Source of the DNA: Octopus vulgaris
Taxonomy: Eukaryota
Assembly: GCA_951406725.2 (NCBI GenBank)
Contig: OX597820.1
Span: forward strand, 48,298,001 to 48,362,000
DNA length: 64,000 bases
Direction of reading: 5' to 3'
A program made the translations under genes and the position numbers. Below are positions 39,179 to 52,729 of the stretch, in pieces (the first letter of the stretch is position 1; each line of letters begins with the position of its first letter). The notes under the pieces were generated by a model. That model worked only from the letters and a program-made list of their open reading frames with translations, was not told the DNA's origin and did not search any database.

Positions 39179-39227
39179 ATACAAACGTGTATATATATAT
39201 TTATACATAATACACACACACACACAC

Positions 39228-39279
<52 letters not shown>

Positions 39280-40080
39280 TTGTGTGTGTATGAGTGTGTG
39301 CGCGTGTGCATGTTTACGCGTGCGTGTGTGCTCGTCTACGCGTACGCGCGCACATACATATATTATGCTTATTGTTATTTATCTTGGCACCTCTCATTCA
39401 ATATTTAGGAGTTCAATTCTGTTCGAGAGCGAGTTTTATAGTCGGATGTTCCATTGACAAATCACGTGTCACTTTAAACAACAACAACGCTGCGCAATAA
39501 AAGTTTAAGGAAATCGCAAATCCGACATTTTTAATTGCAACTAAACAGTCTAGCTCATTTATTACTCGTCCTTATATCCCCACTCTGTCTTTTTTTTTTT
39601 TTTTTGCTTTGATTCTAAAGTTATTGTATTTCGTAGCGGGATGGAGGTGTACTTTTCTTGTATTTGCATTTTTTAATTTTATTTTAAGATAGCAGACAAT
39701 AGATCGCTTTTTGTTTTCTTGTTACATTTCTTCATTTCACAGTTTATTTACTCTGCTTTTTCCTTCATCGAGTTTTCATTCGTTCATTTATCTATTCGTA
39801 ATTTTCGTTCATTCACTACTGGGATGAAGAAAGAGAAGATGCTTGCGTATGGCAACAACTATGATATAAAAAAAAACAAGTGTGAAAGAAAAACTTATCT
39901 AATATTTATGAACGACGTACAGCAACAACACAAATACAATCTTCAACTATGAAAAATAAAAAAAAAATGAAAAAGAAATAAAATGGTAGAAGATTCACGA
40001 ACGGAAACATTAGAAAGCGCCACACACATTGTCCATTAAGTCCATACATGTGTGTCTGTGTGACTGCGTACGCGTGCGTA

Positions 40081-40125
<45 letters not shown>

Positions 40126-40361
40126 CTACACATACATACATTTACATACACGGGCACACTGATACACACACACACTCACACACATATATATATATATACA
40201 CATACGCATACATATACACAAAAACACATATATGTATGTATATGTACATATATATATATATATATATATATGAACGTATATATGTATATATAAATGTATA
40301 TATGTGTGTATATATATATGTATTATATATATATATGTATATCTGTATATAAGAATAAGGT

Positions 40362-40400
<39 letters not shown>

Positions 40401-40484
40401 GTACATATGCATATACACACATATATTTGTGCATGAATGCGTGTATACACACATATATATATACATGCATATATACATATATAC

Positions 40485-41287
40485 GGGCAGTAAGTCAATC
40501 AGAACTACCGTGACCTCCTGTACCAGATTGAGTGACCTCCTGCGTACCAAACACATTGCTTGACGTTTAGGAATATCAGAATGTGAGAATTCGAAGCTGA
40601 TTTTTGGGAATATATTTCATTCAGTTTAGTTAGTGTTAAAGTTACGTTCAGATTTATGTATGTTTGTATATAGCAGCACTCTAGCTTAGAAATTCTTACC
40701 TGGAATCTATGATGTATGTTCTGTTGCTTCTTATCCTCTCTTCAGCAGTCCTTATTTTCGGTTCTTGATCATATTGAACTGCTTTAAGAAAGAAGGATCA
40801 AACGTCCTAGTCGTAGGTTCATAATGACAGGCTCCCAGATTCCTCGGTGTAGATATTACTCCACCCAGAATGGGACTTCAGTCCGTCGACGGAGTACTCA
40901 AATTTTACAACCGCGTGGATACAGCAACGTGAATCGAAATATATTGCGCAGGAACGCATCTCATATACAAACGTACATGCATGCGTGTATATATATATGT
41001 GTGTGTGTGTGTATAGTTTCTATATGAAATTCCACCATCGTCGACATAACAAGTGTTGTGGCACCACTAACTGATCTGAGTTTCCTTACCAACATCATAA
41101 ATATATGCCCAAATTTCGCCCCCAGACCTGGTCGAAAGCCCAAAAGTGGTTCTTTCAAATGCTCCCATATTTCTTTACTTCAAATTGAGTATCGTGCTGA
41201 TAACTTTAATTACGTTTATCGATACTTTTTCGCTACTTTCCGCAATGTATGGTGACCACAGTCAAATATGAACGAGTGTGCACGCAC

Positions 41288-41365
<78 letters not shown>

Positions 41366-41800
41366 GCATATGCATACACACCTGTTGATATTTGACTGCG
41401 GTCGCCATACATTGCAGAAAGTAGTAAAAAACTAAGTAAAACTAAATATCGAAAAACATAATTAAAGTGGGGCCCTCAGCACTTCATACTCAATTTGAAA
41501 AATAGAAATGTGGGAACAATTGAAGGAAACACGTTATTGCTTTCGACCAGGGTAGGTGTGAAATTTGGGCATATATTCATGATGTTGGTAAGGCGACTCA
41601 GACCATTCAGTGGTGTCACAACACTTGTTAGTTTCGAAAAAGGTGGAATTTAACATAGAAACTATGCTGAAAAAAAAAAAAAAATCAGCTTCGCATTCTC
41701 ACATTCTGATATTCTTAAACGTCAAGCAATGTGTTTGCTACGTAGAAGGTCACTCAATCTGGTACATGAAGTCACGGTAGTTCTGATTGACATATTACCT
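40485..41800. repeat. Large diverged inverted repeat around a (CA)n spacer
   Basis: 40485-40605 pairs with 41680-41800, and 41013-41273 pairs with 41384-41665; the left arm is interrupted by ~400 bp. Confidence 0.88.
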
Positions 41801-42345
41801 GAATATTTGTATAGAGGAAGATCGACTCTACAAAGATGTACAATATAGACGACATATGTCAGTTCATAAAAAAGGCTTTGTCAATGTATGCAAACTATTC
41901 AGTACAACTTCCTTCGTTTTTTGACTGGGACCAGGAGCGAAAATATTTTTTGGTGGTGTATATGGGCTGGGCACTCTGAGGTAAGAATTTCTAAGATAGG
42001 CTAGAGTAATGCTTTTTCAGATAAGTAATTTCTTATATTAGAAGAGTTACCTTTATAATTTGAAAATTCAGAGGGAAAACATGGATGAAAAAGGAAGAAT
42101 AGTCAGCAATGTTTATTGGAAATCATAGGAAAATGTATAAAATTTTATAAGAAACATTAGAATACTTCAATAAATGGCTCCATTGGTTGCACGAAACGTA
42201 TCAAGACGATGCTCAATTCCCATTGTATAGACTATTCATGAGCATCCTGCAATTTCGCATATATATAACATACACACACACGTATATATATGCATGTTTA
42301 TATATACATACACATTCACACAAACATAGTAAAAATTTTAATTAT

Positions 42346-42417
42346 TAGCAGAGCGTAGTTTCGATCTACGGACCTCTGGGTTATGGGCCCAGCACGCTTC
42401 CACTGCGCCACTCTGCT
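42346..42417 (-). tRNA. tRNA-iMet: tRNA-iMet (CAT), canonical
   Basis: AGCAGAGTGGCGCAGTGGAAGCGTGCTGGGCCCATAACCCAGAGGTCCGTAGATCGAAACTACGCTCTGCTA; T5 terminator at 42331-42335 on the minus strand. Confidence 0.97.
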
Positions 42418-42738
42418 CAACAGGTTTTGGCTTTGGAATATACTCTGTTATTGTTTCTTGTAAGAGCGCTAGTATTGCATCATCCATTCCTTCTCCATAA
42501 TTTTGCGTTGTATATTGAATCGTACGATTGCCGCAAATAGAAAAGTAACACAAAACGTGCTTTATGTTATAAAACATGTTATAAAGTTTATAACATTGAA
42601 ATGTCAATGTAACGAAATGACGTTTTACTGCACTGATTCTCTGATATTCTCACCTGGTAGTCGACCGATGTCTTCGTAAGATATCAAAACAATTGTATTC
42701 TAGGACTCTTTTCATTTCTTCAATATTAGGGAAGTTTG

Positions 42739-42915
42739 GAGGCGACGAGCCTGCAGAATCGTTATCACACACGTTCAAAGTTTAAATTCCACCGAGGTCG
42801 ACTTCACCTTTCATCATTTCGGGGTCGATAAAAGAAATACCAACTGAGCACTGGGGTGGATATAATCGGCTTATGCTCCTTTCTCGAAGTTGCTGGCCTT
42901 GTGCCATAATTTTAA
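42739..42915 (+). mobile_element. SINE family B
   Basis: Head, Nin-like core and 3' ggccttgtgcc. Confidence 0.8.
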
Positions 42916-42934
42916 ACCAGCGTCAGGGAAACTT

Positions 42935-43300
42935 AAGGCGGCGAGCTGGCAAAATGCTTAGCAGGGCAAAATGCTTAGCAGGGCAAAATGCTTAGCAGCG
43001 TTTCGTCTGCTTTTATGTTCGGAGTTCAAATGCCGCTGTAGTCGACCTTATTTTAGTGTACCTTATTTTAGTGTAGTGTACCGTATTTTAACGTGTATAA
43101 GGATCCCCGCCCCAATTTATTAGACTTAAAATTTGGAAAAAAGGTTTTGTAAGGGATACTATTTTTGTATAAGAAACTCCCATATTTTTTTAGCCTAATT
43201 TTTGACAAAAAATGGTTCTTTATACACATTATAATACGGTAATCGACTTACCCCTCTCTCCCGAAACTTCTGGCATTGTGCCAAAAGTTGAATACAATAT
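42935..43300 (+). mobile_element. SINE family B interrupted by a MITE
   Basis: Head carries a triplicated 18-bp ggcaaaatgcttagcagg; the SINE resumes at taatcgacttacccc after 43240. Confidence 0.75.
43081..43239. mobile_element. Tc2/pogo-like MITE with a TA TSD
   Basis: ta|CCGTATTTTAACGTGTATAAG ... CTTTATACACATTATAATACGG|ta. Confidence 0.8.
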
Positions 43301-44063
43301 TAGGGAAGCTGTTACTGTACAGATTGAATTTAATCTCTATAGCTCGTAGAAGAGGCGTGATTGGTTATTAGTATAGATACAAACATAGACATAGAGAGTA
43401 AAGGGCTATAAATCAATAAATAAAGGGTCATTAGTAATTAAAGTTTGATAATTTTGGTAATTTTAGTCAATCGTAAGGCACAGACATATACATGCTTTTT
43501 CTCTTTTAAATTAGAATAGATATTTGTTTACACGAAGGAAAATTACGGGAGTACTTTGGTGCTGAAAATAATAGCTAAATAAGATTTAGTTACACGAAGG
43601 AAAATTACCGGAGATATAACATGTGTTGTTTACAACTATTGACAACATGTGCTATTTTGTCACACACAAAATGACAGCTCCCAAATCCTGTTTCCTGACT
43701 GGGTGAAAATGATCAAAATTTAAACCTCCATAACTTTTTAAAAACATTTTTCTGGAAAAATGAAATAACTCCTGCAATTCAGTTTGGGCAAGTATATTAT
43801 TGTGCCAACGTCGGAGTAACCAGTGAAGATTGAAGGATCAACACCAAAAAGGAAGAAATATTATTTCCATATATTTATTCGCTTGCCCGACAGGTAATTA
43901 GAGGACAGAGAAGATGCTGTGTGCCAGTAGAAGGGGAAAGAATAAGGAATGCACGGTTCTGGCTAGAAAGGAATAATGGACAAAAGTGGCTCTGCTCTGA
44001 TTGGCTGTATGCAAATGGATTTAATACTGGGATCCGGAACTCTCGAGGGAATAAAACATCGCA

Positions 44064-44171
44064 GTCCCGGATAACATTTCACAGTGTCCCGGATAATATT
44101 TCATGGGGTCCCGGATAACATTTCACAGAGTCCCGGATAATATTTCACGGGGTCCCGGATAACATTTCACT
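44064..44171 (+). repeat. 22-bp tandem repeat x5 (gtcccggataa(c/t)atttcac..), alternating A/B units
   Basis: Direct reading. Confidence 0.92.
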
Positions 44172-44374
44172 GTTTCGTTATTCATGGTAAAACTCTAACG
44201 TTCTACAGATGATTCGTGAATTTTTATAGATTTTATTTACCTTCAGTAGCTTTATGAAGATGTATGGATGTAAATGAAAATCTATATATATATATACAAA
44301 GACAACCAATCAAGTGGTTGCATCGGTTTAAGTGACTAACACTCTTTATTTGGAATAAGTATATTTATTCCAAA

Positions 44375-44762
44375 TTATGTGGTTGTGAAGTAAGAAACTT
44401 GCTTCCCAGCACATGGTTACGAGTTCAGTCCCACTGTGTGGCACACTGGGCAAGTGTTTTCTACTATAGCCTCGTACCAACCAAAGCCTTGTGAGTGGAT
44501 TTGGTAGACGGAAACTGAAAAAAGCCTGTCGCATATGTGTGCGTGTGTGTGTGTGTGTATGTTTGTCTCCCCGGCATCGCTTGACAACCGATGTTGGTGT
44601 GTTTATACCCTTGTAATATAGCGGTTCGGCAAAGAAATCGATAGAATTAGTACTAGGTTTATAAAGAAGAAATCCTGGGGTCGCTTTCTTTGACTAAAAC
44701 CCCTTAAGGTGATGCTCCAGCATGGCCCCAGTCAAATGATAGAAGCCGGTAAAAGAGCAAAA
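44375..44762 (+). mobile_element. SINE family A
   Basis: Colinear with 16978-17398. Confidence 0.88.
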
Positions 44763-45435
44763 GCATATTTAACAAAAAGTTTGTCTACGTATGAATCAAG
44801 GGTACACCATACAACAACGGAAATGATTGAAATTATAGAGGTACCGCCACAGTGCTTCAGTGCTAGTTACACTGAAATAATAAATAATTTTTTCATTTAA
44901 GTATTCGTGTGTATATGTGTGGTGTAGTTATTCATTTCAGCAATGAAAAGCACTCTACCTGTAAACAAGTACCGGAACAGTGGTGTAGTTTGTTGTTAAA
45001 TAATAAATACGGAAGTGATGAGAGAATTGACCAACCTGTAGTGATAAAACAGTGATGGTAAATAGCGTCCCCTACACAATGGCATAGCACACCTATACAC
45101 CATTATACCGTTGATGTCACAGTGATGGTATTTATCTATCTAAATAGGACCCATGTTAACGATTAAATATAGCATAAATTGCTGTGAGCGATGTTGAATT
45201 GATAAATGGCTTCGTCATTGCAGTCCTGATCGCAATCTTCCTGATGAAAATGAGAGCAAAAAAGAAAAAAAAGTCTAATAGACTTATTTTACACGCGCAA
45301 AGCATGGTGAAAATGAAGTAATGAGAAATAAAATATGATAGAATTGCTGTCGACTTCGACAGAACTTTTATTTATTATGCATGTAAATGTGGGGTATATT
45401 TGTGAATGACAATTCAGTAACGATGCGTAATACAT

Positions 45436-45484
<49 letters not shown>

Positions 45485-45493
45485 CAATATAAA

Positions 45494-45564
45494 TAGATTT
45501 AGTTGATTCGATCTACGTACCCCTGGGTTACGAGCCCAACACCTTTCCAATGCGTCACTCTGCT
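45494..45564 (-). pseudogene. Decayed tRNA-iMet (anticodon now CGT)
   Basis: agcagagtgacgcattggaaaggtgttgggctcgtaacccaggggtacgtagatcgaatc..; the 3' acceptor strand is broken. Confidence 0.82.
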
Positions 45565-46263
45565 GACTGGTAACGCTTGTTGCTGTATATTGTGTTATTT
45601 CTTACATTGACTGTTCTGGTTCATATTGCCACGGTTGCATCATCCATTATGAATAATTTATTCCATGTATTGGACTCTCTTAAATGTAAGAAAAATATAA
45701 ACTACATAATGCATTGAATTGGTAATTTGTTTAGGCTCGCTATGTTCTGCTTTCATTTCGGAACAAGGTCAAGGTTACCTTTCCTCCTTCAGGTTCATTA
45801 AGTAAAGAACCAGTCAAGTGGTTGCATCGATGTAATCGATTAATCCGCTTCCACCAAAATTGCTGACCTCTCACCTAAATCACAAGTCCTTATTTATCAA
45901 ATCATCGGTCAATCCTAACTTTTTGTTTTATGGTACCTTTTTGTCTCTTATATTACTTTCTCAAGTCAAATCACATCAGTGAGATCCTCACCAGCGATTA
46001 TTACATTATGTCTACGTAAGTTAAACTTACACTTAACCATCTTTCACTTAAAGACTGGACACTTGGAACCGATTCAATCTTTCAGGCGATATATTCCTAT
46101 ATTTCTAAGTCAGCAAACTGCCAGTATCGTATATCGTCAGATAATACATTTATTTGCTCTCTGCGTGTAGTAACAAATAAAATTCTTACCTTTACGTATA
46201 CATACTGTGTAAATTTTGTGTAAATATAAATCAATATAAAACTATCAAAAAGTAGCATTTTCT

Positions 46264-46335
46264 TGGTAGAGGTTAGTTTCGATCTACAGGTTACTAGGTT
46301 TTGCGCCCAGCATGCTTCCAATGTGTTACTGTGCT
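46264..46335 (-). pseudogene. Decayed tRNA-iMet
   Basis: agcacagtaacacattggaagcatgctgggcgcaaaacctagtaacctgtagatcgaaactaacctctacca aligns without gaps to tRNA-iMet. Confidence 0.8.
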
Positions 46336-47412
46336 CAATGAGCAGAGTAAAGGAATAATAAATAAAGAAATAACTTATAAATTCAGCATAATGGACTGAT
46401 TTATGCTATATTTAATATATGCCATATTTAATCGTTAACATGGGTCCTATTCAGATAGATAAATATCATCACTGTGATATCAACGGTATAATGGTGTATA
46501 GGTGTGCAATTTGCTGTACTTTACCGTTGATCTGGACCATTTTAACCAGGTAAGTGACATCGCTGAGATTTTATTGTGCCTCAAAATAAAAAAGGTACTC
46601 TTGGCGGTGACGAGTACGAAACATTCTATATACGGCTCTAACGACTCTGATAATTCGCTGTCTTAAGTTTTTATTGTTTGATTTTAGTTTAAACTTCCGC
46701 ATATATCTGCGAGAAAAAGCTAATGAGCTAGGCGTTTCAAAGCTGTTATATTTCTAAGGATTAAGGAGTGGAGGCACATGTGGCTCGATAACAATAGAAG
46801 AATTTATTGGTTTGGAAGGGAAATCAAGATGTCTGTAGGAGAAAAGTTGATTGGGCTGGACAGAAATGCAAATTAGACTGTTAGTGCTCAGAAGAAATAA
46901 AACAAAGGATTTTGAGGATAGAAGAATAAAAGAGAAGAAATATTATCTGGTGTACCCCTAAAAAAGATTACAAACCAATACGCAGTCAAGTATTTCAAAA
47001 TCAACAGGTCTGGTCATGACATGTGGAAAAAGCCAGAAACTTGAACAATGGAGTTTGCTCTGGTAGTATCTACACGGAGGCTACTTTTGGGGGCTAAAAA
47101 ATTTCATGGCTTGAGCTGAAGACGAAAGTGGAAATTAATGGATGCAATCTAAACATGTCTAATATCGTTGCTCAACGCACGGTAGGCATTACTAACCAGT
47201 GCTTTTGTATTGAAAATATACCATATCAGATGTTATATGTAGGAGATTTCTGCACGCAAATAGAAGATTAAGACCAATGCTCTTGTCATCAGAGGGATAC
47301 GAAAAAAACAACAAAAAAAACTGAGCACATACTCTTGCTTAGAGGGAACATCTAGGATACTATCGCTTCAAAATGTTACTCTTCGTGGGTACATGTATGT
47401 ATATATGTATGT

Positions 47413-47413
47413 A

Positions 47414-47500
<87 letters not shown>

Positions 47501-47662
47501 ATATATATATATATATACATCCATCCGTACATACATACATTCATCCATACATACGTTCATGTATACGTATGTAATGGAAACCAGTTTAAAAATATACTTC
47601 ACAACACTACTACTACTGTTACTAATAGTGCAATATTGCGCATACATGGATGTATGTGTATG

Positions 47663-47753
<91 letters not shown>

Positions 47754-47765
47754 ATATATATATAT
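47413..47765. repeat. (TATC)n and (TA)n microsatellite blocks
   Basis: Direct reading. Confidence 0.9.
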
Positions 47766-47894
47766 ATGATTTGCCTAATAATGGTTTTGTCTCTAATTTA
47801 ATATAATATATATATATATATGGGAGTGTGTATATATGTCTGTCTGTCTGTCTATCTATCTCTCTCCGTCTCTCTCTTTATATAAATATATCAT

Positions 47895-48102
47895 ATCAGG
47901 ACTATTATCCCCACCACCGAGGACAATTCCCCATCATAGGACAACTCCCACCGACGACAACTCCTCCCTAGGACATTTACCCCCCTTGGTTAATTGCTCC
48001 CACTCCAATATATTAAGAAGTTTTAAATCATCTGTTGTCCTCAGGGGTAATTGCCCTTGGGGGAAGGGTTTATTGTCCATGGGGAGTAAATCTCCTAGAC
48101 TC
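47895..48102. mobile_element. Small non-autonomous DNA element with internally repeated inverted arms (GGACAAYTCCC / GGGG.AATTGYCC)
   Basis: About five ggaca..tccc motifs on the left and about four inverted motifs on the right. Confidence 0.6.
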
Positions 48103-48114
48103 ATGTGCATATAT

Positions 48115-48177
<63 letters not shown>

Positions 48178-48499
48178 TACATATATATACATACATATGT
48201 ATATACACACTTATATGCATGCGCACGCGTGTATGTGTAGATAAATTACAAATAATTGAAAATAGTTTTAAAAAGAATACTTCTACTAATATAACTACTA
48301 CAGGGAGTACAACTACAACCAGTCATCAATAACAATAATAGCAACAGTAATTAAGAAAAGCCATGAATAATAAATATTAAGAATTTCAACCGACAGTGGC
48401 GATAATAATGGACTTTAAAAAGAAAACAACAGCAACAACGATAAGCAACAATAAATAGCGATAGCAACAAATGCAATGATGATGGTTATGATGATGATT

Positions 48500-48725
<226 letters not shown>

Positions 48726-49391
48726 GCCTCAACAAAACCGACAACTTTGTCGACATTTTTGATTTGCCAGAAGGGAAACAATTGTAAAGATATTTGCTAT
48801 TATTACTTTCATCATTCCTGATATATCATCGTCGTTGTCGTCGTCGTCGTCGTCATAATCATCATCATCATCATCAATATTAATAACGTCGTTTTTATAG
48901 TTGTTGTTGGTCTTTCATTTTTTTCTGATGTCAATGGCAACAATAACAAAACCAACAACAATCGCGTCTATAAGAGACAAAAAAGAAATGAAAAACGGAA
49001 TACTGATAAAATATATAATAATATGAGTCTTTTCTATGACGGTTTGGGTGTGAAGAAAAAAAAACAAATCTTCACATAAAAAAAAACCGGAAATAACACT
49101 CCATAACCCTGGAGACATAAAAAAAGGGAAAATTATGTGCGTATGTATGTGTGTGCGGGAGTGTGAGAGAGTCTGTGTGTATGTGTGTCTATACGCAAGC
49201 ACACATTCACACACGCATTTCCAAATATATATATATATATATATGTATGTATATATATATATAAGTATACATATGTACCCAACCATTATATATGTGTATA
49301 CGTGCGTGTGAGTGTGTGTATATGCGTATGTATGTAGCGCATCTTGTAACACTGTCACCTACCAACAAAAATTCACTTTCAACTATACTCC

Positions 49392-49456
<65 letters not shown>

Positions 49457-50429
49457 TATATATATATACATATATATGTGTCTATATATATATATATATA
49501 CATATATACATACAGTTGTGTGTGTATGTGTATTATGTGCTTTAAGTATGGGCATATATGTATTATTGTGTGTCTGTGATACACGCACATTAACACTTAT
49601 AAATAAAAACGTGAAGCCGATAACAAAAAAAAAAAAGATAAAATAAAAGGACAAAATATAAAATATAAAAATCAATAACATAAAATAATAGTAAAAGAAA
49701 TAAGGAAATAGTCAAAGAAAAAAAAAATCGATGCAAAGTTTTCGAAAATTCTCTTTTAAGGAAACCAACAAGCGCTGAAGCGTAAAATATGCGGAAGCTG
49801 GAGTTCCACGCCTCACATAACAGAGAGAGAAAATAACAACAAAAAGAAAACACTTGCAGATGGCTTGGTTGTTCATTAGAAATGTCGACGAAAGAAGAGC
49901 CATAAATTTCGACAGAAAATGTGCCTGGGCATTAAGGAGATGCCTCTGGAATATAATGGCGTGCCATCTTGGTTTGCGTCTTATTATCATTTCAATTCTC
50001 TTCACAGCAGTCGTAAGAATATCGATGGGTTTCTTTCTTGTGTGTGAATGCTGTGTTTTTGTTTTTTCTTTTGTTCTGTCTCCCCGCTCTCTCGCTCTTA
50101 TTGAAAAAGGGGGGGGGAGAAAAAAAAAACCAAGAAATGTTTTGTTGTTATATTGTGTTTCATTGTTTGCTTCCGTTTGGCGTTTCTGTTTTTCCTTTAT
50201 ATACCTTATTGTATTTTTTTTATTGTATTTCTTGATTTTTCTCTCATGTGTCCATTTTAGTACTTACATACGTATGCATTTATATATGTGTGCATATATG
50301 TATATATGTATGTACGTATCCATGCATGTATGCATACATACAAACATATATATATATATGTAGACATATATATATATATATTTATATATATATATGTATA
50401 TGTATAATAATATATATATATACACACAC

Positions 50430-50534
<105 letters not shown>

Positions 50535-50636
50535 TATGTATGTATTTGTAAACACATAGCTTTTATGCATATCAGTCTATTTATCTAGTCATCTATCTAT
50601 CGATGTGTGTGTATACATACATATATATATATATAC

Positions 50637-50705
<69 letters not shown>

Positions 50706-51115
50706 TTTTGAGTTAGTCTCTACTGTCGGGGAGATTTTTTTTAAAGATGAATTGCCTAGATGCAAGTAAACTTCAGCGGGCGCGTAGTCACTGACACACA
50801 CATACACACACTCATACAGACACGCAAATATTACACACACATACACGCACACAGGCAGAGAGGGAGATTCTCAGCAGGAAGTGAATAAATCGGTTAGGAA
50901 GTATTACATATAATGTGGTTTATATCATTATTTTTAAAGTCATCACAAAATGATGGATAGCCCCTCGGACATAATGTCAAATGTACAGGCGCTGGATAAG
51001 TAAAATACCTAAACAGACATCCTTGGGCATGATATATACATACACATATATATATATATGTGTTTGTGTGTGTGTGTATGCGTGCGTGCGTGAGTGTGTG
51101 TGTGTGTGTGTGTGC

Positions 51116-51154
<39 letters not shown>

Positions 51155-51163
51155 TGTGTGTGT

Positions 51164-51203
<40 letters not shown>

Positions 51204-51317
51204 TATATATCGGTACTAAACATATTGGGCTATCCGATAATAATAATCCAATATTGTGAAAACTCCAAGAAACTGGGCAGAGGAAATTGCAGCATCAAGC
51301 AAAAATCTATGTGTACT

Positions 51318-51360
<43 letters not shown>

Positions 51361-51371
51361 ACTTATATACA

Positions 51372-51425
<54 letters not shown>

Positions 51426-51641
51426 GTATATATGTATATATATGTATATATATCTGATAGATTTGTATATATGATATATATGTACACACACACTAACACA
51501 CACACGCCCTCACAGGCGTACACACAAACTCACATGTAAATGAGTTTCTAGTTATACATTATACGTAATAGATCTGTTTGGTCGAAGCTGTCGGCTAACC
51601 ACAACGCTCAGTATCCAGAGCCTGTGCTACAATATATACAA

Positions 51642-51670
<29 letters not shown>

Positions 51671-51672
<2 letters not shown>

Positions 51673-51677
51673 ATATG

Positions 51678-51769
<92 letters not shown>

Positions 51770-51804
51770 AAGAAGAAGAAGAAGAAGCAGAAGAAGAAGA
51801 AAAA

Positions 51805-51871
<67 letters not shown>
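51671..51871. repeat. Compound (AAT)n-(AAG)n-(AAT)n microsatellite
   Basis: Direct reading. Confidence 0.97.
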
Positions 51872-51872
<1 letters not shown>

Positions 51873-51902
51873 TAGATAATATATATGCATATATATGTAC
51901 AC

Positions 51903-52075
51903 ACCTCGAAATGAGGAGTAGATGGACAGCCGAAAACTGATGAAGGGTCGTTCTTTTTGTTAAATGTCCTCTTTTGCATCTGTTTCTCTCGTTTACGTAT
52001 TCAACATTTTTGTTTTCGTATTCCATGTTGTTTACGGTTTCTGACGTCCAGAACCCATATATGCACATACTTATA
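51903..52075 (+). mobile_element. Repeat with a permuted hammerhead remnant (51903-51947)
   Basis: CCTC-GAAAT-gagga-GTA-gatgg...aaaa-CTGATGA-AGGG; homologous to 31960-32162 on the minus strand. Confidence 0.45.
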
Positions 52076-52160
52076 TACATATTACTTATATTATTATTTG
52101 AATGAACACCACGCATCCATTTCTAAGTATGTATGTATATATATATATATATTTATACAT

Positions 52161-52402
52161 AAGTAACTATATGAAAGCATTATTGCTGTTAAAAACAGTA
52201 ATAACGAGGCTGTTATCGTAGGATTGGTAGTATTTATCGTAGGATTGGTGGTTTTTGAAGCTTTCGCTTTCATCTTTGGCAAGCGGTATTTTTACACTTC
52301 TTTTATTTAAATATTTAATATTGTACCTATTAAGGTAGATACCTTGCTAACCTCCTCATGATTACCGTTTTTAACAGCAATAATGCTTTCCTATAGTTAC
52401 TT
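52161..52402. mobile_element. MITE-like element with ~50-bp TIRs
   Basis: aagtaactatatgaaagcattattgctgttaaaaacagtaat / attaccgtttttaacagcaataatgctttcctatagttactt; the internal segment recurs at 52641-52715. Confidence 0.75.
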
Positions 52403-52729
52403 TTCCATTGTTTACGACAGTTTTCTCTTCAAACGGAGCGGGACGTTTAAAGTTCGAAACACACACGAGTTGGCGTAGTGAATATTATGGAAATAGATGT
52501 TACTATCTCCAATTGAAGATTGGAAAGCATGTTTTCTCATGCACAGCATGAAATGAATTGATACTGGGGTATGTAAATCTTCAAATTCCATCCTGAAGGT
52601 AGGCATATTTTTGAAAGTGTTCATTGCATTGCTCGTGTGTGTATTTATCGTAGGATTGGTGGTTTTTGAAGATTCCGCTTTCATCTTTGGAAAGCGGTAT
52701 TTTTTTACTCCTTTTATATGTATATATAT

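Larger units (their letters stand above)
45087..46507. repeat. ~90-bp inverted repeats (45087-45179 and 46399-46507) enclosing two tRNA-iMet pseudogenes
   Basis: gcacacctatacaccattataccgttgatgtcacagtgatggtatttatctatctaaataggacccatgttaacgattaaatat and its reverse complement, with few mismatches. Confidence 0.9.

Noticed and set aside
45494-45564. Novel tRNA-Thr(CGT) by anticodon switch
   Set aside because: The D-stem, T-stem and acceptor stem are disrupted, so it is a decayed iMet copy.
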